A DNA stretch of 64,000 nucleotides from Candidatus Nomurabacteria bacterium (GTDB taxonomy: Bacteria > Patescibacteriota > Minisyncoccia > Phycocordibacterales > JACOZG01). Under the pieces are notes generated by a model, which saw nothing but the letters and a program-made list of their open reading frames with translations, made no database searches and was not told where the DNA came from. The stretch is taken from positions 188,059-252,058 of the forward strand of contig JADLCI010000007.1 in the NCBI GenBank assembly GCA_020847275.1. The letters run 5' to 3'. Both the position numbers and the translations under genes were made by a program. Shown here piece after piece: positions 55,470 to 64,000 of the stretch (positions are counted from its first letter, which is position 1; the number at the start of each line of letters is the position of its first letter).

Positions 55470-56286
55470 AAAACAAAACATGTTAACTACTCTTGATGGC
55501 CGCATGGTGTCAGAAAAAATCGCCGCTGAACTAAGTCTGGAGATTAAGAGGTTAAAGATAGAACCAGGGTTGGCGATTATTCAGGTCGGGGATTTGGCTA
55601 CTTCTAGTCTTTATATCAAACGTAAAATCGCATTCGCCAATAAGATTGGAGTGAGGGTGGATCATCTTAGGTTTTCGGAGGATTCTTACCAAGACGAACT
55701 ACTTTCGGAAATTGATAAACTTAATCATAATAATGATGTTGGTGGAATTATTGTTCAGCTTCCTCTCCCAAACAAATTAGATAAGTCAAAAATTGTGGAG
55801 GAGATTGCCCCCGAGAAAGACGTAGACGGTCTGCGGGTGGGGAGCATTTTTACTCCCGCTACCGCTCGTGGAATTTTGTCGCTTTTGGATCACTACCAAA
55901 TTAAAATTTCCGGTAAGAGAGTCGTGGTGGTTGGGAGGTCTACTTTAGTGGGTAAACCTATTGCCCGTGCTCTTCTTTCCCGGGGTGCGACGGTCACAAT
56001 CTGCCATCGTCAGACTCAAAATTTGGCAGACGAAACAAGACGGGCGGATATTTTGGTTGTTGCCGCCGGCTCACCTCACTTGATTAAAGAAAATTACGTT
56101 AAGCCAGGGCAGGTCGTGATTGATGTCGGTCTTTCTTCGACGGGGGAGGGAAAGTTGCTTGGCGATGTGGATCAGGTTTCAGTTAGAGAAATTGTGTCCG
56201 CCATTTCACCTGTCCCGGGTGGAGTGGGTCCGATGACGGTCGTGTCACTTTTTCTTAACCTCTTGGACGCTTACAAATCAAAATAA
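55450..56286 (+). CDS. folD: bifunctional methylenetetrahydrofolate dehydrogenase/cyclohydrolase
   Basis: LAIIQVGDLATSSLYIKRK and VVVVGRSTLVGKPIARALL...ATVTICH are FolD signatures. Confidence 0.85.
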   Translation: MSVLVSRKQNMLTTLDGRMVSEKIAAELSLEIKRLKIEPGLAIIQVGDLATSSLYIKRKIAFANKIGVRVDHLRFSEDSYQDELLSEIDKLNHNNDVGGIIVQLPLPNKLDKSKIVEEIAPEKDVDGLRVGSIFTPATARGILSLLDHYQIKISGKRVVVVGRSTLVGKPIARALLSRGATVTICHRQTQNLADETRRADILVVAAGSPHLIKENYVKPGQVVIDVGLSSTGEGKLLGDVDQVSVREIVSAISPVPGGVGPMTVVSLFLNLLDAYKSK

Positions 56287-56306
56287 TCGTGCTAAACTGA
56301 CGGAAA

Positions 56307-57620
56307 ATGAAAAATCGAATTTGTCTTAAAGACTTATCAAGTGAGGTCGGAAAGGAGGTCAAAATGGCCGGCTGGGTGGATGTGCGACGCGATCATGGTA
56401 AGCTCGTTTTCATCGATTTGCGAGATGTAACTGGCAAAGTACAAATGGTGATACTACCCACCGTGGAAGCCTACCTTGTCGCCCAAGAGGTGCGACCGGA
56501 ATGGGTTGTAGAGGTAGACGGCGTAGTCCAGAAACGCCCAGAAAAACTTATCAATAAAGACGAGAAGAATGGCGAAATCGAGGTTCAAGTAAGTCAGATG
56601 CGGGTATTGAGCGAAGCCGAAACATCGCCAATTCCGATTATCCAAACTAATTATGACGACGAAGCTGAAGCGCCACTGCGATTTGATTATCGTTGGCTCG
56701 ATTTGCGCCAACCGAAGAAGGCGGAAATATTCGAAGTTTGGACGGAAATGGAAAGAGGTTTTCGTGATTTCTGGTTGGAAAATAATTTCCGACAAATTTA
56801 CACCCCTTCTCTCATGAATACACCAAGTGAGAGTGGCGCGGAAGTCTTCGAGATCAATTATTTTGACCGCAAGGCCTATCTGGCTCAATCACCTCAATTT
56901 TATAAACAAATGGCGATGGCCGCTGGCCTAGAAAGAGTGTTTATGGTTGGTCCGGTTTTCCGCGCGGAGCCATCCTTCACTACTCGCCACCTTACCGAGT
57001 TTACCGGTTGGGACTTTGAGATGTCCTATATCGATTCCCATCATGATGTCATGGATCTTGAGGAGGGGCTCATTATTTCTGGCTTTAAGGCTGTGGCACA
57101 AAAATTCCCAGAACTAGACTTGACGATTCCCGCACGACCATTTCCACGGATCACAATGGTGGAGGCAAAAGAAATCTTAACCAAAGCTGGTGTTTTTGGT
57201 GGTGAAGAACATGACCTCTCGCCAGAAGAAGAGAGAGCATTGTCGGAATATGTAAAAAGGAAGATGAATCATGAGTTCGTTTTTGTTACCGATTATCATG
57301 AATCTAAAAGCGCCTTCTATCACATGAGACATGAGGACGATAATACTCGAAGCAAACGTGCCGACCTACTTTTCCGGGGGATTGAAGTAACGACTCTGGC
57401 ACAGAGAGAGCATCGTCTGGCCATTTTAGAGAAACAAGCCGTTGCGAAAGGGATGAAATTAGAACCGCTAAACGATTATTTAAACTTTTTTAGATACGGT
57501 TGTCCGCCACACGGTGGGGCTGGTATCGGCCCGGGACGACTGATTATGAAACTCTTAGATCTGCCCAATGTCCGAGAAGCCACCTACTTACCACGAGACG
57601 TTAAACGTCTGAACCCCTAA
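56307..57620 (+). CDS. aspS: class IIb aminoacyl-tRNA ligase, archaeal/eukaryal-type AspRS (AsnRS not excluded)
   Basis: OB-fold N-terminus (VKMAGWVDVRRDHGKLVFIDLRD). Motif 2 FRAEPSFTTRHLTEFTGWDFEM. Motif 3 GGAGIGPGRLIM. 437 aa. Confidence 0.7.
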   Translation: MKNRICLKDLSSEVGKEVKMAGWVDVRRDHGKLVFIDLRDVTGKVQMVILPTVEAYLVAQEVRPEWVVEVDGVVQKRPEKLINKDEKNGEIEVQVSQMRVLSEAETSPIPIIQTNYDDEAEAPLRFDYRWLDLRQPKKAEIFEVWTEMERGFRDFWLENNFRQIYTPSLMNTPSESGAEVFEINYFDRKAYLAQSPQFYKQMAMAAGLERVFMVGPVFRAEPSFTTRHLTEFTGWDFEMSYIDSHHDVMDLEEGLIISGFKAVAQKFPELDLTIPARPFPRITMVEAKEILTKAGVFGGEEHDLSPEEERALSEYVKRKMNHEFVFVTDYHESKSAFYHMRHEDDNTRSKRADLLFRGIEVTTLAQREHRLAILEKQAVAKGMKLEPLNDYLNFFRYGCPPHGGAGIGPGRLIMKLLDLPNVREATYLPRDVKRLNP

Positions 57621-57637
57621 ATACTGAAAATAAAAAA

Positions 57638-57672
57638 ACGCCTACCACGATTAAGTGATAGGCGTTTTATTT
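57638..57672. terminator. bidirectional rho-independent terminator after aspS
   Basis: A-run, then hairpin acgcctaccac/gtgataggcgt (one mismatch), then a TTTATTT run. Confidence 0.55.
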
Positions 57673-57904
57673 ACAGACAAAGATCAATTACACTGACGGA
57701 CACCCGCTATCGTCGATTTCTATTTCTGGGAAATGGTGTTTCTGGAAAAATCGATCACAGTTCTCTTCAACTAAGCCGAGTTGATGCATCGCTTCGTGGG
57801 CAGGAGAAAATACATTGCGCCTAAACAATTCCGCTTGAGTAATCTCCCCCTTGTTCTGGTGGTCTATGATCGTCTGAGCGAGATCGAAAAGTATCTTCTC
57901 GGCA

Positions 57905-58306
57905 TCAACTCACCAAATCCTTACGGGAGGCACTAGACATGTTGCATAGCCCGATAGAGCTATGTCCGCTGAATGTCTCCAGTGCCTTAGCGAATCCTTT
58001 CGCACTGGCTTTTTCTGAGTGAGTTGCACCTCCACTAATTAGCTTTGACATTAGCACAATGATTACCGCCAGGAAAATCGTGAGACCGGCGGATGAATTG
58101 AGCTTTTGTACTTCAGTCGTCATGGTGACAGCAAAGATTATTCCCAATGCAAACAGGAAAATAAACTTTGCTCCCAATCGCTCATGAGAGAATTCTTCTT
58201 TCATCGCTGCTCTCATCGGATCGACATCAGTTTGCAACTCCCAGTTTCTCCTTAGGCATTGGGGGATCTCGGAATCCCTATGCATTTGTCGAAGATCTAA
58301 CATCAT
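57905..58306 (-). CDS. hypothetical small membrane protein; may be the 5' part of a frameshifted gene
   Basis: 133-aa ORF with two TM helices. An out-of-frame ~70-codon ORF continues downstream (see findings). Confidence 0.35.
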   Translation of the reverse strand: MMLDLRQMHRDSEIPQCLRRNWELQTDVDPMRAAMKEEFSHERLGAKFIFLFALGIIFAVTMTTEVQKLNSSAGLTIFLAVIIVLMSKLISGGATHSEKASAKGFAKALETFSGHSSIGLCNMSSASRKDLVS

Positions 58307-58446
58307 TCACCTCGTTTTGGCCCACTTGTTTTTTTGGAATGGCGGTTTCAGGCCGCGCATCCCAAGACTGCTACCTTAAGGCCACTATTGGCAGTCCGGT
58401 CGGATTATAGCAAGACTTATTAACATTTGTCAATGCCACTAGAGGC

Positions 58447-59196
58447 ATGCTAAAATTAGAGGGTAAAATGCCCGAAAATTTCCAAATTAAACTAGTCGAC
58501 TTTGAGGGACCAATCGAGGTCTTATTGCGGTTGATTGAGGAAAAAAAACTCCATATTTCGCAAGTCTCACTGGCGGCGGTGGCAGATGATTTTGTGACCC
58601 ACTTGGGAAAAATCGAGAATGGAAATAAAGAACAGATGGCTAATTTTATTCTTGTCGCCTCCACCCTTATGTTAATTAAGTCCATCTCCCTTCTACCCAA
58701 GCTTCAGGTGACCGAAGAAGAGAAGGGAAGCATGGAAGATCTAGAGAAACGTCTGCAACTCTATCAGGAAATAAAAAAATTAAGTGAAAATATCAAAGTA
58801 AATTATGGTAAGAAAATCATCTTTGCCCGAGAACCAGGCAAAGAAATTGTGTCCGTCTTCTCGCCGAGTCGCGATTTAAACCTAGCCAATTTGAAGTTGG
58901 CTCTGGAGCGCGTAATCGCTAATTTACCAAAAGTAGAAAAGCTTCCAGAAGTAATAGTCCAGAAAGTGCTTAGTCTAGAGGAGGCGATTGAAAGCTTGGC
59001 CACCCGAGTTCAGAGTGCCCTCAAAACCAGTTTCCAACATTTTGTAAAAGATAAAAAAGAAAAAGTTAACATTATCGTAAGTTTTCTTGGAATGCTGGAA
59101 TTGGTGAAACGGGGGATTGTCCAGGTAGAACAAGCATCACACTTTCAGGATATAGCAATTGAGACGACAAGTACCATTGTTCCCAAATACGGCTAA
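58447..59196 (+). CDS. scpA: segregation and condensation protein A (kleisin)
   Basis: LVDFEGPIEVLLRLIEEKKL...FLGMLELVKRG matches ScpA N- and C-terminal motifs. Confidence 0.85.
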   Translation: MLKLEGKMPENFQIKLVDFEGPIEVLLRLIEEKKLHISQVSLAAVADDFVTHLGKIENGNKEQMANFILVASTLMLIKSISLLPKLQVTEEEKGSMEDLEKRLQLYQEIKKLSENIKVNYGKKIIFAREPGKEIVSVFSPSRDLNLANLKLALERVIANLPKVEKLPEVIVQKVLSLEEAIESLATRVQSALKTSFQHFVKDKKEKVNIIVSFLGMLELVKRGIVQVEQASHFQDIAIETTSTIVPKYG

Positions 59197-59217
59197 TCGG
59201 GCTATAATCCAAAGAAC

Positions 59218-59724
59218 ATGAAGACGGAAGCGCTAATTGAGGCGATACTTTTCTGGCATACCGAACCGATGACCATGGCAGAGCTCACTCGGGCGATTGG
59301 CCGGGGCGAAACAGAAATTCGTGAAGCATTAGCTGTTTTAGACAGAAACTTGGAAAGCAGGGGGGTGCAATTGGTTTATAAAGATGATGAAGTGATGCTT
59401 GGTTCACATCCAGAAGCAAGTGAGGTAATTGAAAGGTTGGCCAAGGAGGAAATGTCCCAGGATCTTGGACGGGCGAGTTTAGAAACCCTAACAATCGTGC
59501 TTTACCGGGGGCCAGTCAGCCGGGCGCGAATTGATTATCTGCGTGGTGTTAACTCCAGCTTCATTCTCCGGCACCTAATGATCCGTGGTTTAGTGGAACG
59601 TGTGCCGAATCCAGAAGATGCCCGCTCCTTCCTCTATCGCCCAACCTTTGAATTATTACAGAACCTGGGCGTGAAGAGGGTTGAGGATTTACCAGATTAC
59701 GCTTCTCTCGTGGACAAACTATAA
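59218..59724 (+). CDS. scpB: segregation and condensation protein B
   Basis: Winged-helix tandem. Lies immediately downstream of scpA. Confidence 0.8.
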   Translation: MKTEALIEAILFWHTEPMTMAELTRAIGRGETEIREALAVLDRNLESRGVQLVYKDDEVMLGSHPEASEVIERLAKEEMSQDLGRASLETLTIVLYRGPVSRARIDYLRGVNSSFILRHLMIRGLVERVPNPEDARSFLYRPTFELLQNLGVKRVEDLPDYASLVDKL

Positions 59725-59731
59725 TTTTCTT

Positions 59732-60778
59732 ATGACATTGAATGTTTTAAAGATTCTGATCCCCATTACGCTTTCATTTTTTGTTGGCATATTCGTAACG
59801 CCGTTGTTGACTCGGTATCTTTATAAAAACAAGATGTGGAAAAAACGGGCGGGCAAGATTGATCCCTCTGGACACGAAACACCAATTTTCAACCGACTCC
59901 ATGCTACTCGCGAGGTCGGGACTCCTCGTCTGGGAGGTATCGTTATCTGGGGAAGTGTCGTTATCACCGTAATTATACTCTCGCTTTTTGACTCTTTCTC
60001 AGCCAGTGATTTCTCCAGCAAAATTAACTTTCTCAGCCGGAATCAAACCTGGATTCCTTTTGCCACATTAATTTTCGCCTCAATCATTGGGATGTTTGAC
60101 GATTTGCTAGAGATTAAGAGCGGTAACGGCGGCTTATCGTTTAAGAAGCGTCTGCTTATCGTGGTTATGCTTGGTCTCGTTATTGCCTGGTGGTTTTATA
60201 CAAAGTTAGAGATATACTCACTCTTCATTCCGTTCTGGGGTAGCGTCACGATTGGCTGGCTCCTAATTCCTCTTTTCCTTACCGTGATTGTCGGACTTTT
60301 TTCAAGCGGAGTGATTGATGGTTTAGATGGTTTGGCTGGTGGCGTAATGGCCACAATCTTTGCAAGCTACTCTGTAATCGCTTTCTCACAGAATCAGATC
60401 GATTTGGCCGCCTTCTCTGCTGCTGTCGCTGGCGCGACGCTGGCCTTTCTCTGGTTTAATATACCGCCGGCCCGTTTCTATATGTCGGAGACAGGAATTC
60501 TTGGCCTCACTACGACTCTCGCTGTAGTAGCTTTTCTCACCGACTCGGTGTTTGTTTTACCTCTAATCGCACTGCCCCTAACGCTTACAGTCATTTCAAA
60601 TATCCTTCAGCTTTCTTCGAAAAAGTGGCGTAATGGTAAAAAAGTTTTTCTCGTCGCCCCGCTTCACCATCATTTTGAAGCGCTGGGTTGGCCGGCATCA
60701 AAGGTGGTAATGCGTTACTGGATTATCAGTATCATTGCCGCAATTATCGGTGTGATTATTACTCTAATTGGACACTGA
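59732..60778 (+). CDS. mraY: phospho-N-acetylmuramoyl-pentapeptide transferase
   Basis: TPRLGGIVI and multi-TM topology. MraY DD and HHH motifs (PLHHHFEALGW). Confidence 0.9.
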   Translation: MTLNVLKILIPITLSFFVGIFVTPLLTRYLYKNKMWKKRAGKIDPSGHETPIFNRLHATREVGTPRLGGIVIWGSVVITVIILSLFDSFSASDFSSKINFLSRNQTWIPFATLIFASIIGMFDDLLEIKSGNGGLSFKKRLLIVVMLGLVIAWWFYTKLEIYSLFIPFWGSVTIGWLLIPLFLTVIVGLFSSGVIDGLDGLAGGVMATIFASYSVIAFSQNQIDLAAFSAAVAGATLAFLWFNIPPARFYMSETGILGLTTTLAVVAFLTDSVFVLPLIALPLTLTVISNILQLSSKKWRNGKKVFLVAPLHHHFEALGWPASKVVMRYWIISIIAAIIGVIITLIGH

Positions 60779-61875
60779 TGAGTTCCAAACGTCGTCCAAG
60801 TCGTCCTTTCTTCTTTCTCGTTGTTTCCCTGACACTAACTGGTTTTTTTATTTTCTTTTCGGCTTCGCTTGGATTACTTTCTCGATCTGGAGCGGAGTTT
60901 AGCGGTGTCACACTCAAGCAATTCCTGATCATGATGGTTGGGCTGGCGGCGCTTCTGATCGTCTCCAAGATTCACTATCGCTATTGGCAGAAATTTAGCT
61001 GGCTTGTATTCTTACTTGGCTTAATTTCTACGGCCCTTGTTTTTGTCCCTGGTCTGGGCCCAGAATTGAAAGGAGCACAACGTTGGGTGCATATTGGCGG
61101 AATGTCAATTCAGACATCAGAGTTCTTAAAATTGGGCTATGTCGTCTACCTGGCAAGCTGGCTGGCGCGAGCGCGAGATCATGTCAGGTCCTTCCGCGCT
61201 GGACTTCTTCCGTTTCTAATCATCACTGGCATTGTGGGCGTCCTGATGGTGAAGCAGCCAGACCTCAGCACGTTTGGCATTATGCTCGTTGCCGGTGTAG
61301 GGATGCTTTTCGTTGCCGGGATTTCTTGGCGGCAGCTTTTTCTACTTATTGTCATCGCGATTATCGGAATCGGGGGTGTAATCTATTTTAAACCATACAC
61401 ACAAGCACGCATAAAAACTTTTTTTGAACCCAACCAGAACGTGCTCGGTAGTAGTTACCAAGTTAATCAATCACTGATTGCTATTGGGTCTGGTGGAATC
61501 ACGGGAAGAGGTTTCGGTCAGAGTATTCAAAAGTTCAAGTATTTGCCGGAACCAATTGGTGATTCTATTTTCTCGGTTGCGGGAGAAGAGTTTGGCTTCA
61601 TTGGCGGCACCGTTCTACTAACCCTTTTCCTAGGACTCATCCTCTCTGGTTTCAAAATTGCAGTGGGGGCCCCCAATCAGTTTAGTAGACTCGTGACCGT
61701 CGGGATTGTTATAATGATTGGCGCTGGCGTTTTCATCAATGTGGCCTCAATGGTAGGCCTGATACCCCTCAACGGGACCCCACTCCTTTTTGTTAGTCAG
61801 GGTGGAACAGCACTTCTTTTGGTTTTGATTGAATCGGGGATTATTCTCAATATCTCTAAATATACTTCAGCTTAA
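60778..61875 (+). CDS. ftsW: SEDS-family peptidoglycan glycosyltransferase FtsW/RodA
   Basis: 10-TM SEDS protein with QPDLSTFGIM and GGTALL motifs. Sits between mraY and murG. Start overlaps the mraY stop (TGATG). Confidence 0.85.
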   Translation: MSSKRRPSRPFFFLVVSLTLTGFFIFFSASLGLLSRSGAEFSGVTLKQFLIMMVGLAALLIVSKIHYRYWQKFSWLVFLLGLISTALVFVPGLGPELKGAQRWVHIGGMSIQTSEFLKLGYVVYLASWLARARDHVRSFRAGLLPFLIITGIVGVLMVKQPDLSTFGIMLVAGVGMLFVAGISWRQLFLLIVIAIIGIGGVIYFKPYTQARIKTFFEPNQNVLGSSYQVNQSLIAIGSGGITGRGFGQSIQKFKYLPEPIGDSIFSVAGEEFGFIGGTVLLTLFLGLILSGFKIAVGAPNQFSRLVTVGIVIMIGAGVFINVASMVGLIPLNGTPLLFVSQGGTALLLVLIESGIILNISKYTSA

Positions 61876-61878
61876 ACT

Positions 61879-63006
61879 ATGAAAATTGTCTTTACCGGCG
61901 GTGGCACAGGCGGACACTTCTACCCAATTATTGCGGTGGCTCAGGCGGTCAATAGACTTGTCGAGGAAGAAAGGTTGGTGGAAGCTAAGCTTTATTATTT
62001 CTCAAATTCTCCATACGACGCACATCTTCTGTTTGAGAATAGAATCGAATTTCATCATGTTAGTGCGGGCAAGTGGCGGCGCTACTTCTCTGTCCACAAT
62101 TTTTGGGATCAATTAAAAACTCTTAAGGGTTTCCTTGGGGCAGTTTGGAAACTTTATCTGATCTACCCTGATGTTATTTTCAGCAAGGGTGGTTACGCGA
62201 GCTTTCCCACCCTTCTGGCCGCCAGGATACTTGGGTTGCCAGTTGTAATCCATGAGTCCGATTCCCATCCTGGTCGGGTCAGTCTGTGGTCGGCCAAGTT
62301 TGCTAAACGTATTGCCGTCTCTTATCCAGAAGCGATCGACTTTTTCCCGAAAGAGAAAACGGCATTAACTGGTAACCCAATCCGCGAAGAGCTACTAAGT
62401 CCGATATCTCACGGCGCGCATGAATTTTTAAAACTAGACGACAAGCACCCAATTCTTTTTGTGACCGGTGGTTCACAGGGGGCGAGCGTACTTAATGACG
62501 CCGTGTTGGATATTCTTCCACTACTACTCAAACACTATCAGATCATCCACCAGGTGGGCAGAGATAATTTTCCAGACATTGAGAAGCGGTCAAGGACAAT
62601 CTTAGAAAAAACACCCGAGCGTGATCGTTATCATCTCTTTGCCCATCTTAATTCTACCGCGCTTCGAATGACAGCTGGCGTAACAAGCCTAGTTATCTCT
62701 CGGGCTGGATCGGCGATATTTGAAATAGCCATCTGGGGGCTTCCTTCAATCATCGTGCCAATTCCTGAGCCAATTAGTCACGACCAGCGTACCAACGCCT
62801 TCACTTACGCGCGTTCTGGTGGCGCGGTGGTCATTGAGCAGAATAATCTCACCCCGTCGGTTTTACTTTCGGAGATTAATCGTCTAATGGGCGACGAACG
62901 GATGCGGGAGAAGATGTCCGTTGGTGCTAAAAAGTTTTCTCACCCCAATGCCTCTCGTTCAATTGCCGAAGAAATTATTAGCCTTTCACTAACCCATGAG
63001 ATCTAG
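61879..63006 (+). CDS. murG: undecaprenyldiphospho-muramoylpentapeptide beta-N-acetylglucosaminyltransferase
   Basis: MKIVFTGGGTGGHFYPIIAVA is the MurG G-loop. Confidence 0.9.
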   Translation: MKIVFTGGGTGGHFYPIIAVAQAVNRLVEEERLVEAKLYYFSNSPYDAHLLFENRIEFHHVSAGKWRRYFSVHNFWDQLKTLKGFLGAVWKLYLIYPDVIFSKGGYASFPTLLAARILGLPVVIHESDSHPGRVSLWSAKFAKRIAVSYPEAIDFFPKEKTALTGNPIREELLSPISHGAHEFLKLDDKHPILFVTGGSQGASVLNDAVLDILPLLLKHYQIIHQVGRDNFPDIEKRSRTILEKTPERDRYHLFAHLNSTALRMTAGVTSLVISRAGSAIFEIAIWGLPSIIVPIPEPISHDQRTNAFTYARSGGAVVIEQNNLTPSVLLSEINRLMGDERMREKMSVGAKKFSHPNASRSIAEEIISLSLTHEI

Positions 63007-64000
63007 AGTTCGTACTCGTTTTGCCCCCAGCCCAACTGGTAATCTCCATCTCGGAGGTGCGCGGACGGCGTTATTTAATTATCTTTTTGCGAAACAAAAC
63101 GACGGAGAATTTATTTTAAGAATAGACGACACGGACAAAGAAAGATCTAAGCCAGAATTTGAGGAGAATATTTTCAAAGGATTAAAGTGGTTAGGGCTTG
63201 AATCCAGTGAGGTTTACCATCAGTCAAAAAGGGGTGAGCTATATCGACAAAAATTGGATAATTTGCTTAAACTGGATAAGGTCTACGTAAGTTCTGGTGA
63301 AAAAGTTATCCGGTTTAGAAACCCTAATACAGATGTTACCTTCACTGACCTAATTAAAGGGGAAATAACCTTCAACACCACCGACCTACAGGATTTTATT
63401 GTTGCTAAGGACATGGATACTCCTCTCTATCACTTTGCTTCAGTCGTGGACGATATTGATTTAGATATTTCTCACGTAATTCGGGGCGAAGACCATATAT
63501 CCAATACCCCGAGACAGATTCTGCTTCTCGAAGCATTGGGTGGTACAAGGCCGGATTATGCTCATATCCCGCTAATCCTCGCACCAGATCGTTCTAAACT
63601 GTCAAAAAGACACGGCGCCGTGTCTGTTTCTGAATATTCTGAACGTGGCTATCTACCCGAAGCGATGATAAATTTTCTTGTCACAATGGGTTGGTCACCA
63701 CAGGCACAGAAACTTGAACAGGAGCTATTTAGCTTGAAGGAACTAATTCATCACTTTAATCTGAAGCAAGTCCAGACAAGTGGGGCAGTCTTTAATATCG
63801 ATAAGCTTGACTGGTTTAACAAGGAGTATGTTAAAAGACTCCCAGAAAAAGAGCAGCTGTCTAGATTGAAATCTGAACACGAATTTTTTAACAAGCGACC
63901 AACAAATATCGACAAGAATTTATTGAAAAATACCGAACACTTATCTCAAGTTTTGACGATTCTCGAAAAATTAGATGAAAAAAAATGGAGTGTAGAGGAT
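62996..64000 (+). CDS. gltX: glutamate--tRNA ligase (3' partial; runs off the window end)
   Basis: RTRFAPSPTGNLHLGGARTALFNYLFA is the class I HIGH-region signature of GluRS. Confidence 0.85.
   Translation, partial: MRSRVRTRFAPSPTGNLHLGGARTALFNYLFAKQNDGEFILRIDDTDKERSKPEFEENIFKGLKWLGLESSEVYHQSKRGELYRQKLDNLLKLDKVYVSSGEKVIRFRNPNTDVTFTDLIKGEITFNTTDLQDFIVAKDMDTPLYHFASVVDDIDLDISHVIRGEDHISNTPRQILLLEALGGTRPDYAHIPLILAPDRSKLSKRHGAVSVSEYSERGYLPEAMINFLVTMGWSPQAQKLEQELFSLKELIHHFNLKQVQTSGAVFNIDKLDWFNKEYVKRLPEKEQLSRLKSEHEFFNKRPTNIDKNLLKNTEHLSQVLTILEKLDEKKWSVED

Noticed and set aside
57895-57915. Programmed +1 ribosomal frameshift (prfB-like) at the TGA ending the 133-aa ORF
   Set aside because: The slippery/stop context (AGU UGA U) and the upstream GGUGAG do not match the CUU UGA C plus Shine-Dalgarno arrangement well. 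A sequencing indel or a genuine pseudogene is more plausible.
1-64000. rRNA genes, additional tRNAs, integrases and toxin-antitoxin pairs
   Set aside because: I scanned intergenic regions by eye for tRNA-like acceptor/T-arm patterns and rRNA signatures. Only the tRNA-Thr at 2419-2494 was found. No convincing toxin-antitoxin pair or integrase was seen.

Overview
This 64 kb window looks like part of a small, gene-dense bacterial chromosome, probably from an ultra-small Candidate Phyla Radiation/Patescibacteria-type lineage. Evidence for that placement: several aminoacyl-tRNA synthetases have reduced domain sets, there is a monomeric PheRS, rimM is absent between the KH-protein gene and trmD, many start/stop codons overlap, and Shine-Dalgarno signals are weak. 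Nearly all of the window is core information-processing genes. These are rpsB-tsf, tRNA-Thr, pheS, gyrB, thrS, dnaE, rnhB, rpmF, a nusB-Nudix fusion, rnc, an smc-like gene, rnr, rpsP, a KH-protein gene, trmD, rpoB, rpoC, dnaG, rpoD, tsaC, alaS, infA-rpmJ-rpsM-rpsK-rpsD-rpoA-rplQ-rplM-rpsI, grpE-dnaK-dnaJ, trpS, folD, aspS, scpA, scpB, mraY, ftsW, murG and gltX. The clear exception is a roughly 3.3 kb insertion (about 20071-23410) between the KH-protein gene and trmD, which in most bacteria belong to one conserved rpsP-KH-rimM-trmD operon. The insertion carries a 4-repeat CRISPR array with 36-nt repeats plus a decayed fifth repeat. Just upstream of the array is a GC-rich structured region that ends in a degenerate inverted copy of the repeat; this could be an anti-repeat or tracrRNA candidate. 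The insertion also has an N-terminally truncated Cas1 homologue whose catalytic residues appear substituted. It is separated by a bidirectional terminator from a 586-aa Arg/Trp-rich protein. The C-terminal part of that protein has the order and spacing of TnpB/Cas12-type RuvC-II and RuvC-III motifs but no zinc finger. A small 72-aa ORF sits upstream of it. One spacer matches the host RNase R gene (rnr) in the same window at 32 of 33 nt, about 3 kb away. I interpret this as a candidate minimal, possibly nuclease-impaired type V-like CRISPR-Cas system, probably undescribed, with a self-targeting spacer. Other observations are a mitochondrial-type monomeric PheRS, an N-terminally truncated ThrRS, a short AlaRS, a short SMC, a putative aminotransferase / PaaK-like ligase / ThiF-like / nitroreductase cluster, a possibly frameshifted gene near 57.9 kb, and an unannotated small Cys-rich ORF upstream of grpE. 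Every call comes from reading the sequence and recalling protein families from memory; no database searches were run.
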